64,000 nucleotides of DNA from Acidobacteriota bacterium (GCA_046758905.1 JBHIBC010000006.1:6686-70685), one strand, 5' to 3'; shown: positions 1 through 10,614, counted from the stretch's first letter. Made by a program: numbers and translations. Notes: a model not told the origin generated them from the letters alone.

Positions 1-674
1 CCCCCAACATCGTGTTCTCGGACGCGGACCTCGACGCGGCGGTCCGGGGCGCGCTCAACGGCATCTTCTACAACAAGGGCGAGGTGTGCACCGCGGGATC
101 GCGCCTGTTTCTCGAGGAGAGCCTCCACGACACCTTCCTCGACCGCCTCCAGTCCGCCACCGGCAGGCTCAGGCAGGGTGACCCGCTCGACCCGAAGACG
201 CGCCTCGGACCCCAGGTGAGCGAGGCCCAGATGAACCGGGTGCTGTCGTACATCGAGAAGGGGACGGCCGAGGGGGCCCGCCTCGTGTGCGGGGGATCGC
301 GCGGCCCGGGGCGCGGCTACTTCGTCCGTCCCACGATCTTCGCCGAGGTCAGCAACTCGATGACCGTGGCCCGCGAGGAGATCTTCGGCCCCGTCCTCTC
401 GGTGATCCGCTTCCGCGACGTCGAGGAGGCGGTCCGGGCTGCCAACGACACCTCGTACGGTCTAGCGGCGGCGGTGTGGACGCGGGACATCAAGAAGGCG
501 CACCGGACGGCCCGCCGGCTGCGGGCCGGGACCGTGTGGGTGAACACCTACGGACTGTACGACAGCGCCGTGCCGTTCGGCGGCCGCCGGATGAGCGGCT
601 TCGGCCGCGAGCTGGGACGGCACGGGCTGTTGGAGTACACCCAGACGAAATCGGTCTGGGTCGATCTTTCCTGA
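1..674 (+). CDS. NAD-dependent aldehyde dehydrogenase, C-terminal part (5' truncated by window)
   Basis: PNIVFSDADLD, catalytic [33 protein letters not shown] motifs; reading frame is open to the window edge. Confidence 0.93.
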   Translation, partial: PNIVFSDADLDAAVRGALNGIFYNKGEVCTAGSRLFLEESLHDTFLDRLQSATGRLRQGDPLDPKTRLGPQVSEAQMNRVLSYIEKGTAEGARLVCGGSRGPGRGYFVRPTIFAEVSNSMTVAREEIFGPVLSVIRFRDVEEAVRAANDTSYGLAAAVWTRDIKKAHRTARRLRAGTVWVNTYGLYDSAVPFGGRRMSGFGRELGRHGLLEYTQTKSVWVDLS

Positions 675-702
675 CACCCATAGGGAGAAAGAGGAACGCG
701 AC

Positions 703-1491
703 ATGCCCAACGCTCTGATCACGAGTCGCGTGGAGAACGGGATCGCCATTCTGGAGATGAACGATCCCCCCGCGAACACCTACACCTACGAGATGATGCA
801 GCAGATGGACGCCGGGATCCTGAAGGCGCGCATGGACCCCGACGTCCACGTCATCATCCTGCGCGGCGCCGGGGACAAGTTCTTCTCGGCCGGCGCCGAC
901 ATCAAGATGCTCGCCTCCGCGGATCCGCAGTTCAAGTACTACTTCTGCCTGCACGCCAACGAGACCCTCAACCGTCTCGAGCAGACGCCCAAGCTGGTCA
1001 TCGCGGCTCTGAACGGACATACCGTCGGCGGCGGGCTCGAGATCGCCATGGCGGCCGACATGCGGCTCGCCCGGAAGGACGGCGGAAAGATCGGCCTGCC
1101 CGAGGTGACCCTGGGCGTCCTCCCGGGCACCGGCGGGACGCAGCGCCTGTCGCGCCTGGTCGGGAAGGCTCGCTCCATCGAGCTGATGGCGACCGGCCGG
1201 ACCTACTCGTTCGAGGAGGCGGCGGAGATGGGGATCGTCACCCACATCTTCGAATCCGAGAGCTGGTGGGACCAGGTGATGGCGTACGCGCGCCAGTTCT
1301 GCCCGCCGCAGAAGGCGGCCAGGGCGGTCGGCCGCATCAAGCGCTCCGTCTGCTCGGGCGTCGACCTGCCGCTGTCGGAGGCCCTGGCCCTGGAACGCGA
1401 GCTGCAGCAGCAGCTGTTCCAGTCGGACGACGCCCGGGAGGGGCTCAGCGCCTATGTCGAGAAGCGCACGCCGAAGTTCAAGGGCGCCTGA
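703..1491 (+). CDS. enoyl-CoA hydratase/isomerase (crotonase) family protein
   Basis: FFSAGADI, NGHTVGGGLEIAMAAD, LPEVTLGVLPGTGGTQRL motifs; GAGGAA RBS upstream. Confidence 0.92.
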   Translation: MPNALITSRVENGIAILEMNDPPANTYTYEMMQQMDAGILKARMDPDVHVIILRGAGDKFFSAGADIKMLASADPQFKYYFCLHANETLNRLEQTPKLVIAALNGHTVGGGLEIAMAADMRLARKDGGKIGLPEVTLGVLPGTGGTQRLSRLVGKARSIELMATGRTYSFEEAAEMGIVTHIFESESWWDQVMAYARQFCPPQKAARAVGRIKRSVCSGVDLPLSEALALERELQQQLFQSDDAREGLSAYVEKRTPKFKGA

Positions 1492-1521
1492 GGCGGGGGG
1501 GCCGCGACTCCGGAGGACGCG

Positions 1522-2550
1522 ATGAAGGCCGTCCTGATCCGCGAGCACGGGGGGTGCGAGGTCCTCCGGATCGAGGACCTGCCGCGCCCGAAGGCCGGGC
1601 CCGGCGAGGTGGTCGTGCGCGTCGAGACCGCGGGGATGAACCACCTCGACACCTGGGTGCGGCGGGGGCTGCCCGGCGTGAGGCTGCCGCTCCCGATCGT
1701 GCCGGGGTCGGACGCGGCCGGCGTGGTCGAGGAGGTCGGCCCCGGCGTCGCCGGGACGAAGGTCGGCGATCGCGTGTTCGTGGCCCCCGGCTTCTCCTGC
1801 GGCCGCTGCCTCCACTGCCTCGACGGGGCGGACCCGCTGTGCCGCGACTACGGCATCTTCGGCGAGCACCGCAACGGCACGCAGGCGGAGACCATCGCCA
1901 TCCCGGCGGGGAACGTGCTGCCGCTGCCGGAGGGCCTGACGTTCGAGGAGGGCGCCGCCTTCCCCCTGGTCTTCCTGACCGCCTGGCACATGCTGGTCGC
2001 GCGCGCGCGGGTGCGTCTCGGCGAGACCGTCCTGGTGCACGCGGCGGGCGGCGGCGTGGGGACCGCGGCGGTGCAGATCGCCAGGCTGCACGGGGCGCGC
2101 GTGATCGCCTCCGTCGGCTCGGACGACAAGGCCGGGAGGGTCCGGGCGCTCGGCGCCGACGAGGCGATCAACCACCGCGGCGCCGACCTCGCCGCCGAGG
2201 TCCAGCGGCTGACCGGCAGGCGTGGCTGCGACGTGGTGGTCGAGACCGTCGGCCGGGACACGTGGGAGACGAGCCTCAAGTCCCTGGCCAAGGGCGGCCG
2301 GATGGTGACCTGCGGCGCGACCTCGGGCTACCTGGGGACGACCGACATCCGCTACGTCTTCTTCAAAGGGCTGTCGATCCTCGGCTCGACCATGGGCAGC
2401 CGCGCCGAGCTCCTGAGGATCGCCCGCCTCATGGGGGAGCGGCGCCTCAGCCCGGTCATCGATCGCGTCCTGCCGCTCGAGAGCGTGGCGGAGGGACACC
2501 GCGCGATGGCGGAGCGGTCGGTGTTCGGCAAGATCCTGCTCCGGCCGTGA
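1522..2550 (+). CDS. zinc-binding medium-chain dehydrogenase / quinone oxidoreductase
   Basis: GroES-like N-domain, structural Zn motif CGRCLHCLDGADPLC, Rossmann HAAGGGVG; GGAGG RBS. Confidence 0.9.
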   Translation: MKAVLIREHGGCEVLRIEDLPRPKAGPGEVVVRVETAGMNHLDTWVRRGLPGVRLPLPIVPGSDAAGVVEEVGPGVAGTKVGDRVFVAPGFSCGRCLHCLDGADPLCRDYGIFGEHRNGTQAETIAIPAGNVLPLPEGLTFEEGAAFPLVFLTAWHMLVARARVRLGETVLVHAAGGGVGTAAVQIARLHGARVIASVGSDDKAGRVRALGADEAINHRGADLAAEVQRLTGRRGCDVVVETVGRDTWETSLKSLAKGGRMVTCGATSGYLGTTDIRYVFFKGLSILGSTMGSRAELLRIARLMGERRLSPVIDRVLPLESVAEGHRAMAERSVFGKILLRP

Positions 2551-3347
2551 CCCGGTCCCGGAGATCGCCGGCGCCGGTGTTCCGCAACCTGGCGCTGCGC
2601 TCGGAACGCGGCGTCGCCCTCCTCACCATCGAGCGGCGCGAGGTCCGCAACGCGATCGACGCCGCCACGGTGGAGGAGATGCACCGGGCCCTCGACGCCC
2701 TCGCGTCGGACGGCTCGACCCGCGTGCTGATCCTGACCGGGGCGGGCGGCCGGGCCTTCGCCTCGGGCGCGGACATCCGCGAGCTGAAGAGGCGCCGCGC
2801 CCCGGACGCGCTCCGCGGGATCAACTCCTCCCTGTTCCGGAAGGTCGAGCGGTTCCCCGCCCCCACCATCGCGGCCGTCGTCGGCTACGCGCTGGGGGGC
2901 GGCTGCGAGCTGGCCCTGGCCTGCGACCTGCGGGTCGCCGGGGAGTCGGCGCGATTCGGGCAGCCGGAGGTGGGACTCGGGATCATCCCCGCCGCCGGCG
3001 CGACGCTCCGGCTGCCGCGCATCGTCGGGATGGGGCGGGCGCGCGAGATGATCCTCACCGGGCGGATCGTGGACGCCCGCGAGGCGTTGAGCATCGGCCT
3101 CGTGAACCGGGTCGTCCCCGACCATCGGGTGCTCGATGAGGCGCGCTGTCTGGCCGCCACGCTCGCGTCGAGGAGCCCTCTCGCGCTCCGCATCGCGAAG
3201 GCCGCGCTTTTGGCGTCGGCCTGCGGCCCCGAGGCCGGGGCCCTGGCCGAGGGGCTCGGACAGGCGATCCTGTTCGAGTCGGCCGACCGGGACGAAGGCA
3301 TGACCGCCTTCCTCGAGCGCCGCCCCCCGAAGTTCAGCGGGCGCTGA
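2547..3347 (+). CDS. enoyl-CoA hydratase/isomerase family protein
   Basis: 3' part of ORF 1266..3347; GTG start overlaps upstream TGA (GTGA); FASGADI, GYALGGGCELALACD, GQPEVGLG motifs. Confidence 0.9.
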   Translation: MTRSRRSPAPVFRNLALRSERGVALLTIERREVRNAIDAATVEEMHRALDALASDGSTRVLILTGAGGRAFASGADIRELKRRRAPDALRGINSSLFRKVERFPAPTIAAVVGYALGGGCELALACDLRVAGESARFGQPEVGLGIIPAAGATLRLPRIVGMGRAREMILTGRIVDAREALSIGLVNRVVPDHRVLDEARCLAATLASRSPLALRIAKAALLASACGPEAGALAEGLGQAILFESADRDEGMTAFLERRPPKFSGR

Positions 3348-3348
3348 C

Positions 3349-4206
3349 GTGGTCGTCGACGCGCACCTGCACATCCAGCCGTGGCGACAGTTCCGGCCGC
3401 AGGCCCTCGAGAGGATGTCGGCCGGCAGGGCCGACTTCGACCGGATCCGGCAGCTGTGCGACGACCCCGGCGCGCTGCTGCGCTTCCTCGACGAGCAGGG
3501 GATCGGCCGGGCGGTGCTGGTCAACTACATCAGCCCGGAGGTCACCGGGTTCACGGAGGAGGTCAACGCGTTCGTGGGACGCTACTGCCGGGGACACGAG
3601 GACCGGCTGGTCGCGGTGGGCGGCGTCGATCCGCCGTCCTCCGCCGATCCGGCGGGCGATCTCACGCGCATCGTCGAGGAGCACGGCATCCGGGCCCTCA
3701 AGCTGCACCCGCCCCACCAGTTCTTCCGGGTCAACGCCTACCGCGACGGCGGCGGGCTCGCTTCGCTCGCCGACCTGTACGCCAGGGCTTCGGACCTCGG
3801 GATCCCGCTGATTGTCCACACCGGGACCTCGATCTTCCCGGGCGCCCGCAGCAGGTACGGCGACCCGATGGACCTCGACGATGTGGCGGTCGATTTCCCG
3901 AACCTGACCATCGTGATGGCCCACGGGGGCCGACCGCTGTGGATGGACGTGTGCTTCTATCTGCTCCGCCGACACCCGAACGTCCACATGGACATCTCGG
4001 GGATACCGCCGAAGCTCCTACCGCAGTACTTCCCCCGCCTGGAGGAGGTGGCCGGCAAGACGCTGTTCGGGACCGACTGGCCCGGGCCCGGGGTTCCGGG
4101 CGTGGCGGCCAACGTCGAGGCGTTCAACCGCCTGCCGCTGTCGAGGACCGCCCGCGAGGCGATCCTCTCGGGCACCGCCGACCGGGTTTTCCCGCGCCGG
4201 CGCTGA
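3349..4206 (+). CDS. amidohydrolase family (Amidohydro_2) protein
   Basis: DAHLH, KLHP, VHTG, MAHGG and FGTDWP metal-binding motifs. Confidence 0.88.
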   Translation: MVVDAHLHIQPWRQFRPQALERMSAGRADFDRIRQLCDDPGALLRFLDEQGIGRAVLVNYISPEVTGFTEEVNAFVGRYCRGHEDRLVAVGGVDPPSSADPAGDLTRIVEEHGIRALKLHPPHQFFRVNAYRDGGGLASLADLYARASDLGIPLIVHTGTSIFPGARSRYGDPMDLDDVAVDFPNLTIVMAHGGRPLWMDVCFYLLRRHPNVHMDISGIPPKLLPQYFPRLEEVAGKTLFGTDWPGPGVPGVAANVEAFNRLPLSRTAREAILSGTADRVFPRRR

Positions 4207-4229
4207 GCGCGGGGCATCGCGACGCCGGA

Positions 4230-5003
4230 TCAGGGGATCTCGTCGCGCGCCGCGGCGCCGCGCGAGCGCGAGCCGCCCGGGCCCGGCTCCGACGGGGGAT
4301 CGGGGCCCCAGATGACGCCCGGGTCGGCCGGGAACAGCTCCAGGAGGCGGGCCCGATCGGCCGACCTGATGTGCTGGAACTCGACGCCGACCGCGTACCC
4401 GGCGCCGGTGTCGATGTTCGGCCGCACGGCGCGTACCCGCGCCGTGACCTGGATCGGCTTCTCCTCCGTGTTCCGGTAGATCCGCAGGGGCAGGATCTCG
4501 TCCTGGCGGATGCGGGCCAGCGTCTCGAAGCCCATCCCGGCCTCGCTCATGGAGTTGGAGTAGCCGAGGAACTCGCGGAAGAAGCGACCGCGCGCCACCG
4601 GGAGCACCACCGGGTATCGCGGGTGCCGCCTCAGCCGCATGCCCAGCTCCGCGGTGATCCGGCGCTGCAGTGCGTCGGGAGCGATCGCGGCATCGAGGAG
4701 CTCCGTCGAGCCCGGCTCCCTCAGGAACAGCTCGCCGTCGTCCCGACGCGGCAGCACCAGGATCCGGATCATCCGGGTCCGATCGTCGGCGCGCAGCCTT
4801 CGGCAGACTTCGATCGCCGGCAGCTCGGTGAGATCGTCGGAGAGGACGATGAGATCGGGCCGGTCGGTGAGCGCGATATCGATGAGGACGGACCCGGTCC
4901 CGGCCGAGATCGTCCTGATGCTCGACCGCCGGAGGAAGTGGGCCGGCCCGCTCTCGACCCGCGAACGGATGGTCTCGCTCCAGAGGACTGTCTTGCGGGT
5001 CAA
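4230..5003 (-). CDS. degenerate receiver domain + PilZ domain protein
   Basis: REC-like RPDLIVLSDDLTELPAIEVCRRLR; PilZ motifs RRHPR and NSMSEAG, C-terminal GVEF. Confidence 0.75.
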   Translation of the reverse strand: MTRKTVLWSETIRSRVESGPAHFLRRSSIRTISAGTGSVLIDIALTDRPDLIVLSDDLTELPAIEVCRRLRADDRTRMIRILVLPRRDDGELFLREPGSTELLDAAIAPDALQRRITAELGMRLRRHPRYPVVLPVARGRFFREFLGYSNSMSEAGMGFETLARIRQDEILPLRIYRNTEEKPIQVTARVRAVRPNIDTGAGYAVGVEFQHIRSADRARLLELFPADPGVIWGPDPPSEPGPGGSRSRGAAARDEIP

Positions 5004-5121
5004 CGCCCTGGGCCTCCGCCGCGGCGCACCGCGCCAATCGGAGCTAGCCTAGCACAGGCACCCCCCCGCGGTCCCGCGCGACGACCCCGACCGCCGCGGG
5101 GCCGGGGAGCGGCAGCGGGGA

Positions 5122-7872
5122 TCACGGAGCGACGGCGGCGCCGCAGGCGGCCCCGGGGAGGCCGCGGCGCGTGCCGTCGCTGGCGCGTCCCGGAGAGCCC
5201 TCGCCGCAGACGTCGCTGGCGGTGACGAGATAGTATCGGCTGAAGCTGTCCGCCGGCGTGATGTCGACGTATCGCCCGCCCCGGCCGTCCGGCGTCCCGG
5301 CGATCCCGCACAGCAGCGGGATGTGGGAGGCGAAGTTGCCGATCGATCCCCGGTAGATGTTATAGGCCGGGACGGTCGGACCCTGATCCTCCCACGACAG
5401 GCGGATCTGCGAGCCGACCGGGGTGAAGGTGACCGGCACCGTCGCCCCGGGCGGCGAGACGGTCTCCGGCGGCCCCGGACCGAAAGCGATCCCGGCCAAC
5501 CCGCTCCTGAGGGGCGAGAAGGGCTCGGCGCGATCGGCGACGCCGTCGCCGTCGTCGTCCGGGAGGGCGACGACCCGATTCCCGCCGTCGACGGCGTACA
5601 GGACGTCCGCCTCGTCGAAGGCCAGCCCCCGGCCGGGATCGAGGCTCAGCCCGTCGGCGTAGGTCGTGATGCTGTCGGCCGCCCCGTCGCCGTCCTCGTC
5701 CCGGATCCGATCGATTCGCCCCGCCAGGGTATCGGCGGCGAACACCGTGCCGCGCATGCGGGCCGCGATGCCGCCGTAGCGCGACGTGCCCAGAAGATAG
5801 ACGCCGGAGCGGTCGGCGATGCCGTCGCCGTCCTCGTCGCGGTAGGAGAGGATCGCTCCGGCCCCGCCGTCGTGGAGGGGGTCGAGGACGAACACCGTCC
5901 CCGACTCGTCCACCGCGATCGACTGCACCGCGAGCGGCTCGTCGGTGAATACGGTGGTCCGCTCCGGGGTGAAGTCGTTCCCCGCGTCGAGCATCTCGAG
6001 GACCGTCCCGCCCCCGAACCGGTCCGCCGCGTACAGGATCTCCTGCCCGACGCGCCGGCGGGAGGCGATCGAGGCCGCGTCCGGGAGCCCCGATGGAATC
6101 GAGGTGGACCGATCCGCGACGAAGTCGCCGTCCTCGTCCCACCGCGCCGCCAGTGTGCCCGCGGCCGTGCCCAGCACCACCCCGCCGTCGCGACGCGAGG
6201 CGAGCGCTCCCTGCCCGCTCCCGGCCGACGCGGAGAACAGGGTCAATCCCTCCGCCCGCAGGTCGTCGTCGGCGTCGGAGATCGCCGCGATGTCACCGGA
6301 GTCGTTCGAGCCCGCGTACAGCACCCGTCCCGGGCAGGTGCCGGCCGGGACCTCGGGGGCCGAGCACGTCACCGTCAGGGTGTAGTCGCCCACGGTCGTC
6401 GCATCCGGCCCGCCGTCGAAGCCGACGTCCGAGACCGACGCCACGGCGATGAAGTAGGTGCCGGTCTCGAACAGCGTGAGCCCCAGGATCGGGTCGAGGG
6501 TGCCCGGAGAGTTGTCGGCGAAGGCGAGCTGGGTCCCGGCGGCGTCGAACACCGCCGCGATCGGATCGAGCGTCGAGCCGATGCGCGAGGCGGCGACGTC
6601 GACCCCGAGGGCCGCGGGCTCGGAGATCGCCAGGGCGAAGTAATCCACGTCCTCCAGCGGGAGGATCGACGCCGGCACGACCTGCTCGCAGGCGACCGGC
6701 GTGGCCGAGGCCGACGTGTCGTTGGGCTCGTTCGGGTCCGCGATCGCCACATTGGTCAGGATGTCGATCCCGGTGACCGTCTGTCCGGCCGCGACGCGGA
6801 TCGCGGTCCGCTCGGCCGGCGCGTCGTCCCCCGTCTCGCCGGGACCGTTGTAGAACTCCCAGGGGAAGTCGGTGTCGAAATTGACGAAGGGGACGTTCGA
6901 TTCGGTGAAGGGGTTGGAGGTCCCCACCATCGGCTCGATGCGGATGTAGTAGTCGTCGGGCGGCAGGCCCACCAGGGTGAACTCGCCCCCCGGGCCGCCC
7001 TCCTCGACATCCGAGAGGGCGCCCACGAGGGGCACGTCGGGGGCCGAGGTCGACACCGCCACGACGTGCGCTCCCTTGATCGGCGACAGGTCGGCCCCGT
7101 TCAGCACCCGCCCCGCGATCGTCCCGGTGGTCGACGCCAGCGTCGCGTTGGGGTAGATGAACGAGATCCCCGACATGTCGTCCTGCGACAGGCTGCGCCC
7201 CTGGACCGTGCCGGTGGCGAAGGGGTACATGGTGGCGTGATAGGTGAAGTCGCCAGAGCTGAATCCGGAGACCTGGAGGCCGGTCGCGCTGGAGAAGCGG
7301 CCCGCCATGGGGCTGTGGGCCAGTCCCAGGCAGTGCCCCATCTCGTGCGTGGCGATCTCGCCCAGGTCGAAGGTGACCGGGCCGAGGTCCTGGTTGGGGT
7401 TGGGCGGCGTGGAGGTGCTGAAGACGAACAGCCGCTCGTTCATCACGATGTCGCAGTCGACGATCCGCCCGTTCGCGCCGACGAAGAAGAAGGCCACCGC
7501 GATGGCGCCCCCGATGCGGTTCTGGGAGTCCGCTTCCGCGAAGTAGATCCGGTTCGATCCGTCCTGCGCGACGCCGGCGGATGCGTCGATGGGATCGGAG
7601 AAGTCGAAGGGGATGCCCTCGGTCACGTTGACCTCCGCGGTGGCCACGCTCGACCACCGGGCGAAGCTGTCCCGCAGGGCGGTCAGATCGCTGCCGTCGG
7701 TGATCCGGAAAGAGGCGTCCTGCTCCAGCCTGAAGGTGAGATCGCCCCCCTGCACGAACAGCCCGGCATCGGCGCCGCCCTGGTCCACCAGGTTCGACTG
7801 CACGTAGGCGAGCGCCACGCCGCTTCCGACCAGCGACAGGATGGCCGCGGACAGCGCCCGGCGGCGCATCAC
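5122..7872 (-). CDS. secreted matrixin-family (M10-like) metalloprotease with carboxypeptidase-regulatory-like, PPC and DxDGDG beta-propeller regions
   Basis: signal peptide; HEMGHCLGLAH zinc motif and Met-turn ATMYP; EPNDT...DVDYF PPC-type segment; repeated DEDGDG motifs. Confidence 0.85.
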   Translation of the reverse strand: MMRRRALSAAILSLVGSGVALAYVQSNLVDQGGADAGLFVQGGDLTFRLEQDASFRITDGSDLTALRDSFARWSSVATAEVNVTEGIPFDFSDPIDASAGVAQDGSNRIYFAEADSQNRIGGAIAVAFFFVGANGRIVDCDIVMNERLFVFSTSTPPNPNQDLGPVTFDLGEIATHEMGHCLGLAHSPMAGRFSSATGLQVSGFSSGDFTYHATMYPFATGTVQGRSLSQDDMSGISFIYPNATLASTTGTIAGRVLNGADLSPIKGAHVVAVSTSAPDVPLVGALSDVEEGGPGGEFTLVGLPPDDYYIRIEPMVGTSNPFTESNVPFVNFDTDFPWEFYNGPGETGDDAPAERTAIRVAAGQTVTGIDILTNVAIADPNEPNDTSASATPVACEQVVPASILPLEDVDYFALAISEPAALGVDVAASRIGSTLDPIAAVFDAAGTQLAFADNSPGTLDPILGLTLFETGTYFIAVASVSDVGFDGGPDATTVGDYTLTVTCSAPEVPAGTCPGRVLYAGSNDSGDIAAISDADDDLRAEGLTLFSASAGSGQGALASRRDGGVVLGTAAGTLAARWDEDGDFVADRSTSIPSGLPDAASIASRRRVGQEILYAADRFGGGTVLEMLDAGNDFTPERTTVFTDEPLAVQSIAVDESGTVFVLDPLHDGGAGAILSYRDEDGDGIADRSGVYLLGTSRYGGIAARMRGTVFAADTLAGRIDRIRDEDGDGAADSITTYADGLSLDPGRGLAFDEADVLYAVDGGNRVVALPDDDGDGVADRAEPFSPLRSGLAGIAFGPGPPETVSPPGATVPVTFTPVGSQIRLSWEDQGPTVPAYNIYRGSIGNFASHIPLLCGIAGTPDGRGGRYVDITPADSFSRYYLVTASDVCGEGSPGRASDGTRRGLPGAACGAAVAP

Positions 7873-8552
7873 GGCGCCTCATCCTCCGCCGGGGCTTCGA
7901 GGATGGCGGCCACGTCGCGCAGGAACCGGGACAGCTCCATCGGACCGCGCGGCCTCGGCCGTGGCTCCACCTCGCGGCCGTCCGGGCCGAGGTAGGTCAC
8001 GTTTCCGGTCCGGTCCAGGATCAGGTCGCGGCCGGTCCTCGGGTCGCGCCGGACCTCCACTTTCCCCTGGTTCCACCCGACGACCGCCAACGGCCCGCCG
8101 CCGGCCTTCGCCGCCTCCGCGCCGGCGGGCGCGAGGAACAGGACCAGGCGCTCGCCCTTCGCGAACACCGGCGCCCCGGAGGCGATCATGAACTGCTCCC
8201 CCACCCGCCCGCCGGGCGTCTCCACCACCACCCGCCGGCGCGGCCCTCCCTTGAGCGAGCGCTCGACCTCGATGGTCGCGCGGGTGACGATGATCCGCCC
8301 GTCGGCGCTCCAGCTCGACTCGACCTCCCGCACCGTTCCCAGGACGATCACCCGGGAGTCGAGCACGATCTGCTCGAGGCTCATCCAGGGGACGACCGCG
8401 GCCCCGGCCGGCGCGGGCCGGAACAGGGCCGCCGACATGAGGAGGGCCGGGATGACGAGGGCCGGAGCGGGCAGGCGGCCGCGCCGCCGGGGCCGCGCGA
8501 TGCGCCGCGGCGCCCCAGGCCCGGGAGGGCATTCCAAGTGACGCTTGATCAT
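7869..8552 (-). CDS. secreted hypothetical protein resembling the N-terminal/pro-domain found with matrixin proteases
   Basis: ATG at 8552 with AGGAG RBS; signal peptide; SLEQIV..SRVIVLGTV...IVT..TIEVERSLKG...PGG pattern; 4-bp overlap with the protease gene. Confidence 0.7.
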   Translation of the reverse strand: MIKRHLECPPGPGAPRRIARPRRRGRLPAPALVIPALLMSAALFRPAPAGAAVVPWMSLEQIVLDSRVIVLGTVREVESSWSADGRIIVTRATIEVERSLKGGPRRRVVVETPGGRVGEQFMIASGAPVFAKGERLVLFLAPAGAEAAKAGGGPLAVVGWNQGKVEVRRDPRTGRDLILDRTGNVTYLGPDGREVEPRPRPRGPMELSRFLRDVAAILEAPAEDEAP

Positions 8553-8577
8553 AGACTTACGCTCCTGGCGTCGCGGG

Positions 8578-8606
8578 AATATACCGCCATCGCCGGGGCT
8601 CGGCAA
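8578..8606 (-). promoter_or_regulatory. putative sigma70 promoter
   Basis: TTGCCG-17nt-TATATT on the minus strand about 25 nt upstream of ATG 8552. Confidence 0.4.
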
Positions 8607-8651
8607 CGCGGGGGCAGCCAGCCGGCGCGTGCTTGGCCCCGCAGCGCCGGC

Positions 8652-9011
8652 TCAGCTCGGCCCCGGATAGTCCGCGGTCACCACGGTGTGGATGCCCCCC
8701 CGGACGTTGAAGTCCCCCGTGACCGTCATGCGCCGGGGCCTGAGCAGGCGGACGAGGTCGTCCAGGATCCGGTTGGTGACATCTTCGTGGAAGTGCCCCT
8801 CGCCCCGGAACGACCACAGGTACAGCTTCAGCGACTTGAGCTCCACGCAGAGCTCGGCCGGGACGTAGCGTATCCGTATGGTGGCGAAGTCCGGCTGCCC
8901 GGTTCTAGGGCACAGGCAGGTGAACTCCGGGCACTCGAACGAGATCTCGTAGGGGCGTCCCGGCCGCGGGTTCGGGAACGTCTCCAGGTCCCTCGACGGC
9001 TTGGCCGGCAT
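8652..9011 (-). CDS. queF: preQ1 synthase (7-cyano-7-deazaguanine reductase, type I)
   Basis: [37 protein letters not shown] motifs. Confidence 0.96.
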   Translation of the reverse strand: MPAKPSRDLETFPNPRPGRPYEISFECPEFTCLCPRTGQPDFATIRIRYVPAELCVELKSLKLYLWSFRGEGHFHEDVTNRILDDLVRLLRPRRMTVTGDFNVRGGIHTVVTADYPGPS

Positions 9012-9022
9012 GCGTCGATCCC

Positions 9023-10483
9023 TCACCCGCTCCAGGGGAACCACCAGGACTTCGCGGCTGCGTCGATGTCCCAGTGGACGTGCTTCGTCTGCTGGAACTC
9101 CTCCAGCCCTTCCTCCCCCAGCTCACGCCCCAGACCCGACATCTTCATACCGCCGAACGGCCCGGCGGGATTGTCGACCAGGGGGTCGTTCACCCAGACG
9201 TTGCCCACCTGGATCTCCTCGAAATACCTCCTGACGCGCCGCGGATCGTTGCTGAACAGGCAGGCGCCGAGTCCGTACGCCGAGTCGTTGGCCAGAGCCA
9301 GCGCCTCGTCGAACGTCCCGAAGGAGAAGACCGGAGCGACCGGGCCGAAGATCTCCTCGCGGACCAGGGACGTCCCCCGCCGCACGTTCGCCAGCACGGT
9401 CGGCTCGTAGAAGAACCCCTTCGGCAGGTGGCCCGGCCGCCGGCCGCCGCAGATCACCTCCGCGCCCTCGCGCCGCGCGGCCTCGACCCTTGAGGCCAGC
9501 GCGTCGCGCTCCCGGGCGCCGATGAGCGGAGTCACCTCGCTGCTCTCGTCCATCCCGGGCCCCACCACCAGGCCGCCGGCGCACGCCGCGAGCCGCGCCA
9601 GGAACTCGTCGTGGATCGACCGCTCGACATACACCCGCTCCGCGCTGGTGCAGACCTGGCCGGCGTTGAGGAACGCGGTCCAGGCGACCGCGCGTGACGC
9701 CGCGTCGAGGTCGGCGTCGGCGCAGACGATCGCCGCGTCGCTGCCTCCCAGCTCCAGGTGCAGTCGCTTCACCCGGTCGGCCGCCAGACGGTAGATGTGC
9801 CGGCCGATCGCGGTGCCGCCGGTGAAGGCGATGCAGGGGACGTCCGGGTGGCGGACCAGAGCCTCGCCCACCTCCTTCCCCGAGCCCGTGATGATGTTCA
9901 CCGTCCCCTTCGGGAAGTGATCGAAGACCGCGTGCAGGTCGAGCGTCAGCAGCGGCGTGTGGGAGGCCGGCTTGATCACGACGGTGTTACCCGCCGCGAG
10001 CGCCGGCGCCGCCTTCCAGGCGAGGAGGAGCAGCGGGTAGTTGAACGGGATGATGCACCCAACCACGCCCAGCGGCTCCTTGATCACCAGGTTCAGCTGC
10101 CCCGGCTCCGGGGACGGGACGACACGCCCCCGCCTGTCCCGAATGAGGCCGGCGTAGTAGTCGAAGCAGCTCGCCGCCCAGTCCACGTACCCGCGGTTCT
10201 TGCGGATGGGCCGCCCGGTCTCGCGGGTGAGCGTGACCGCGAACTCCTCGCGCCGCTCCCGCAGCCTGCGGCCCGCCTCGACGAGCATCTCGGCCCTGCT
10301 CCACGCGACGCTCCGCTTCCACCCGGGGAAGGCGGCCTTCGCAGCCGCCACGGCCCTCTCAACCTCCGTGCCGCCGCCCTTCGGGACGACATCGATCGGC
10401 TCCTCCGTCGCGGGATCGACGACCTCGATGGTGGCCCCCGAGCCGCTGTCGGTGAACTGGCCGTTGATCCAGAGCTTCCTCAT
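9023..10483 (-). CDS. NAD-dependent aldehyde dehydrogenase
   Basis: start [10 protein letters not shown] at 10483; [31 protein letters not shown]. Confidence 0.93.
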   Translation of the reverse strand: MRKLWINGQFTDSGSGATIEVVDPATEEPIDVVPKGGGTEVERAVAAAKAAFPGWKRSVAWSRAEMLVEAGRRLRERREEFAVTLTRETGRPIRKNRGYVDWAASCFDYYAGLIRDRRGRVVPSPEPGQLNLVIKEPLGVVGCIIPFNYPLLLLAWKAAPALAAGNTVVIKPASHTPLLTLDLHAVFDHFPKGTVNIITGSGKEVGEALVRHPDVPCIAFTGGTAIGRHIYRLAADRVKRLHLELGGSDAAIVCADADLDAASRAVAWTAFLNAGQVCTSAERVYVERSIHDEFLARLAACAGGLVVGPGMDESSEVTPLIGARERDALASRVEAARREGAEVICGGRRPGHLPKGFFYEPTVLANVRRGTSLVREEIFGPVAPVFSFGTFDEALALANDSAYGLGACLFSNDPRRVRRYFEEIQVGNVWVNDPLVDNPAGPFGGMKMSGLGRELGEEGLEEFQQTKHVHWDIDAAAKSWWFPWSG

Positions 10484-10614
10484 AATGAAGACCCCGCGCC
10501 GCGGAGGCTGCCGCCGCCGCGCCCGTGACCCGCAGGATTTCGAGCGCCCCCATTGTACCCCCGCCGGCCCGGCCGGGAGGCGGCGCGGGCGTTCGGCCCG
10601 AGGGGCCTTCGGTG

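Noticed and set aside
1266-2546. Apparent N-terminal extension of the second crotonase
   Set aside because: Overlaps the dehydrogenase in another frame; a GTG start at 2547 gives a normal-length protein
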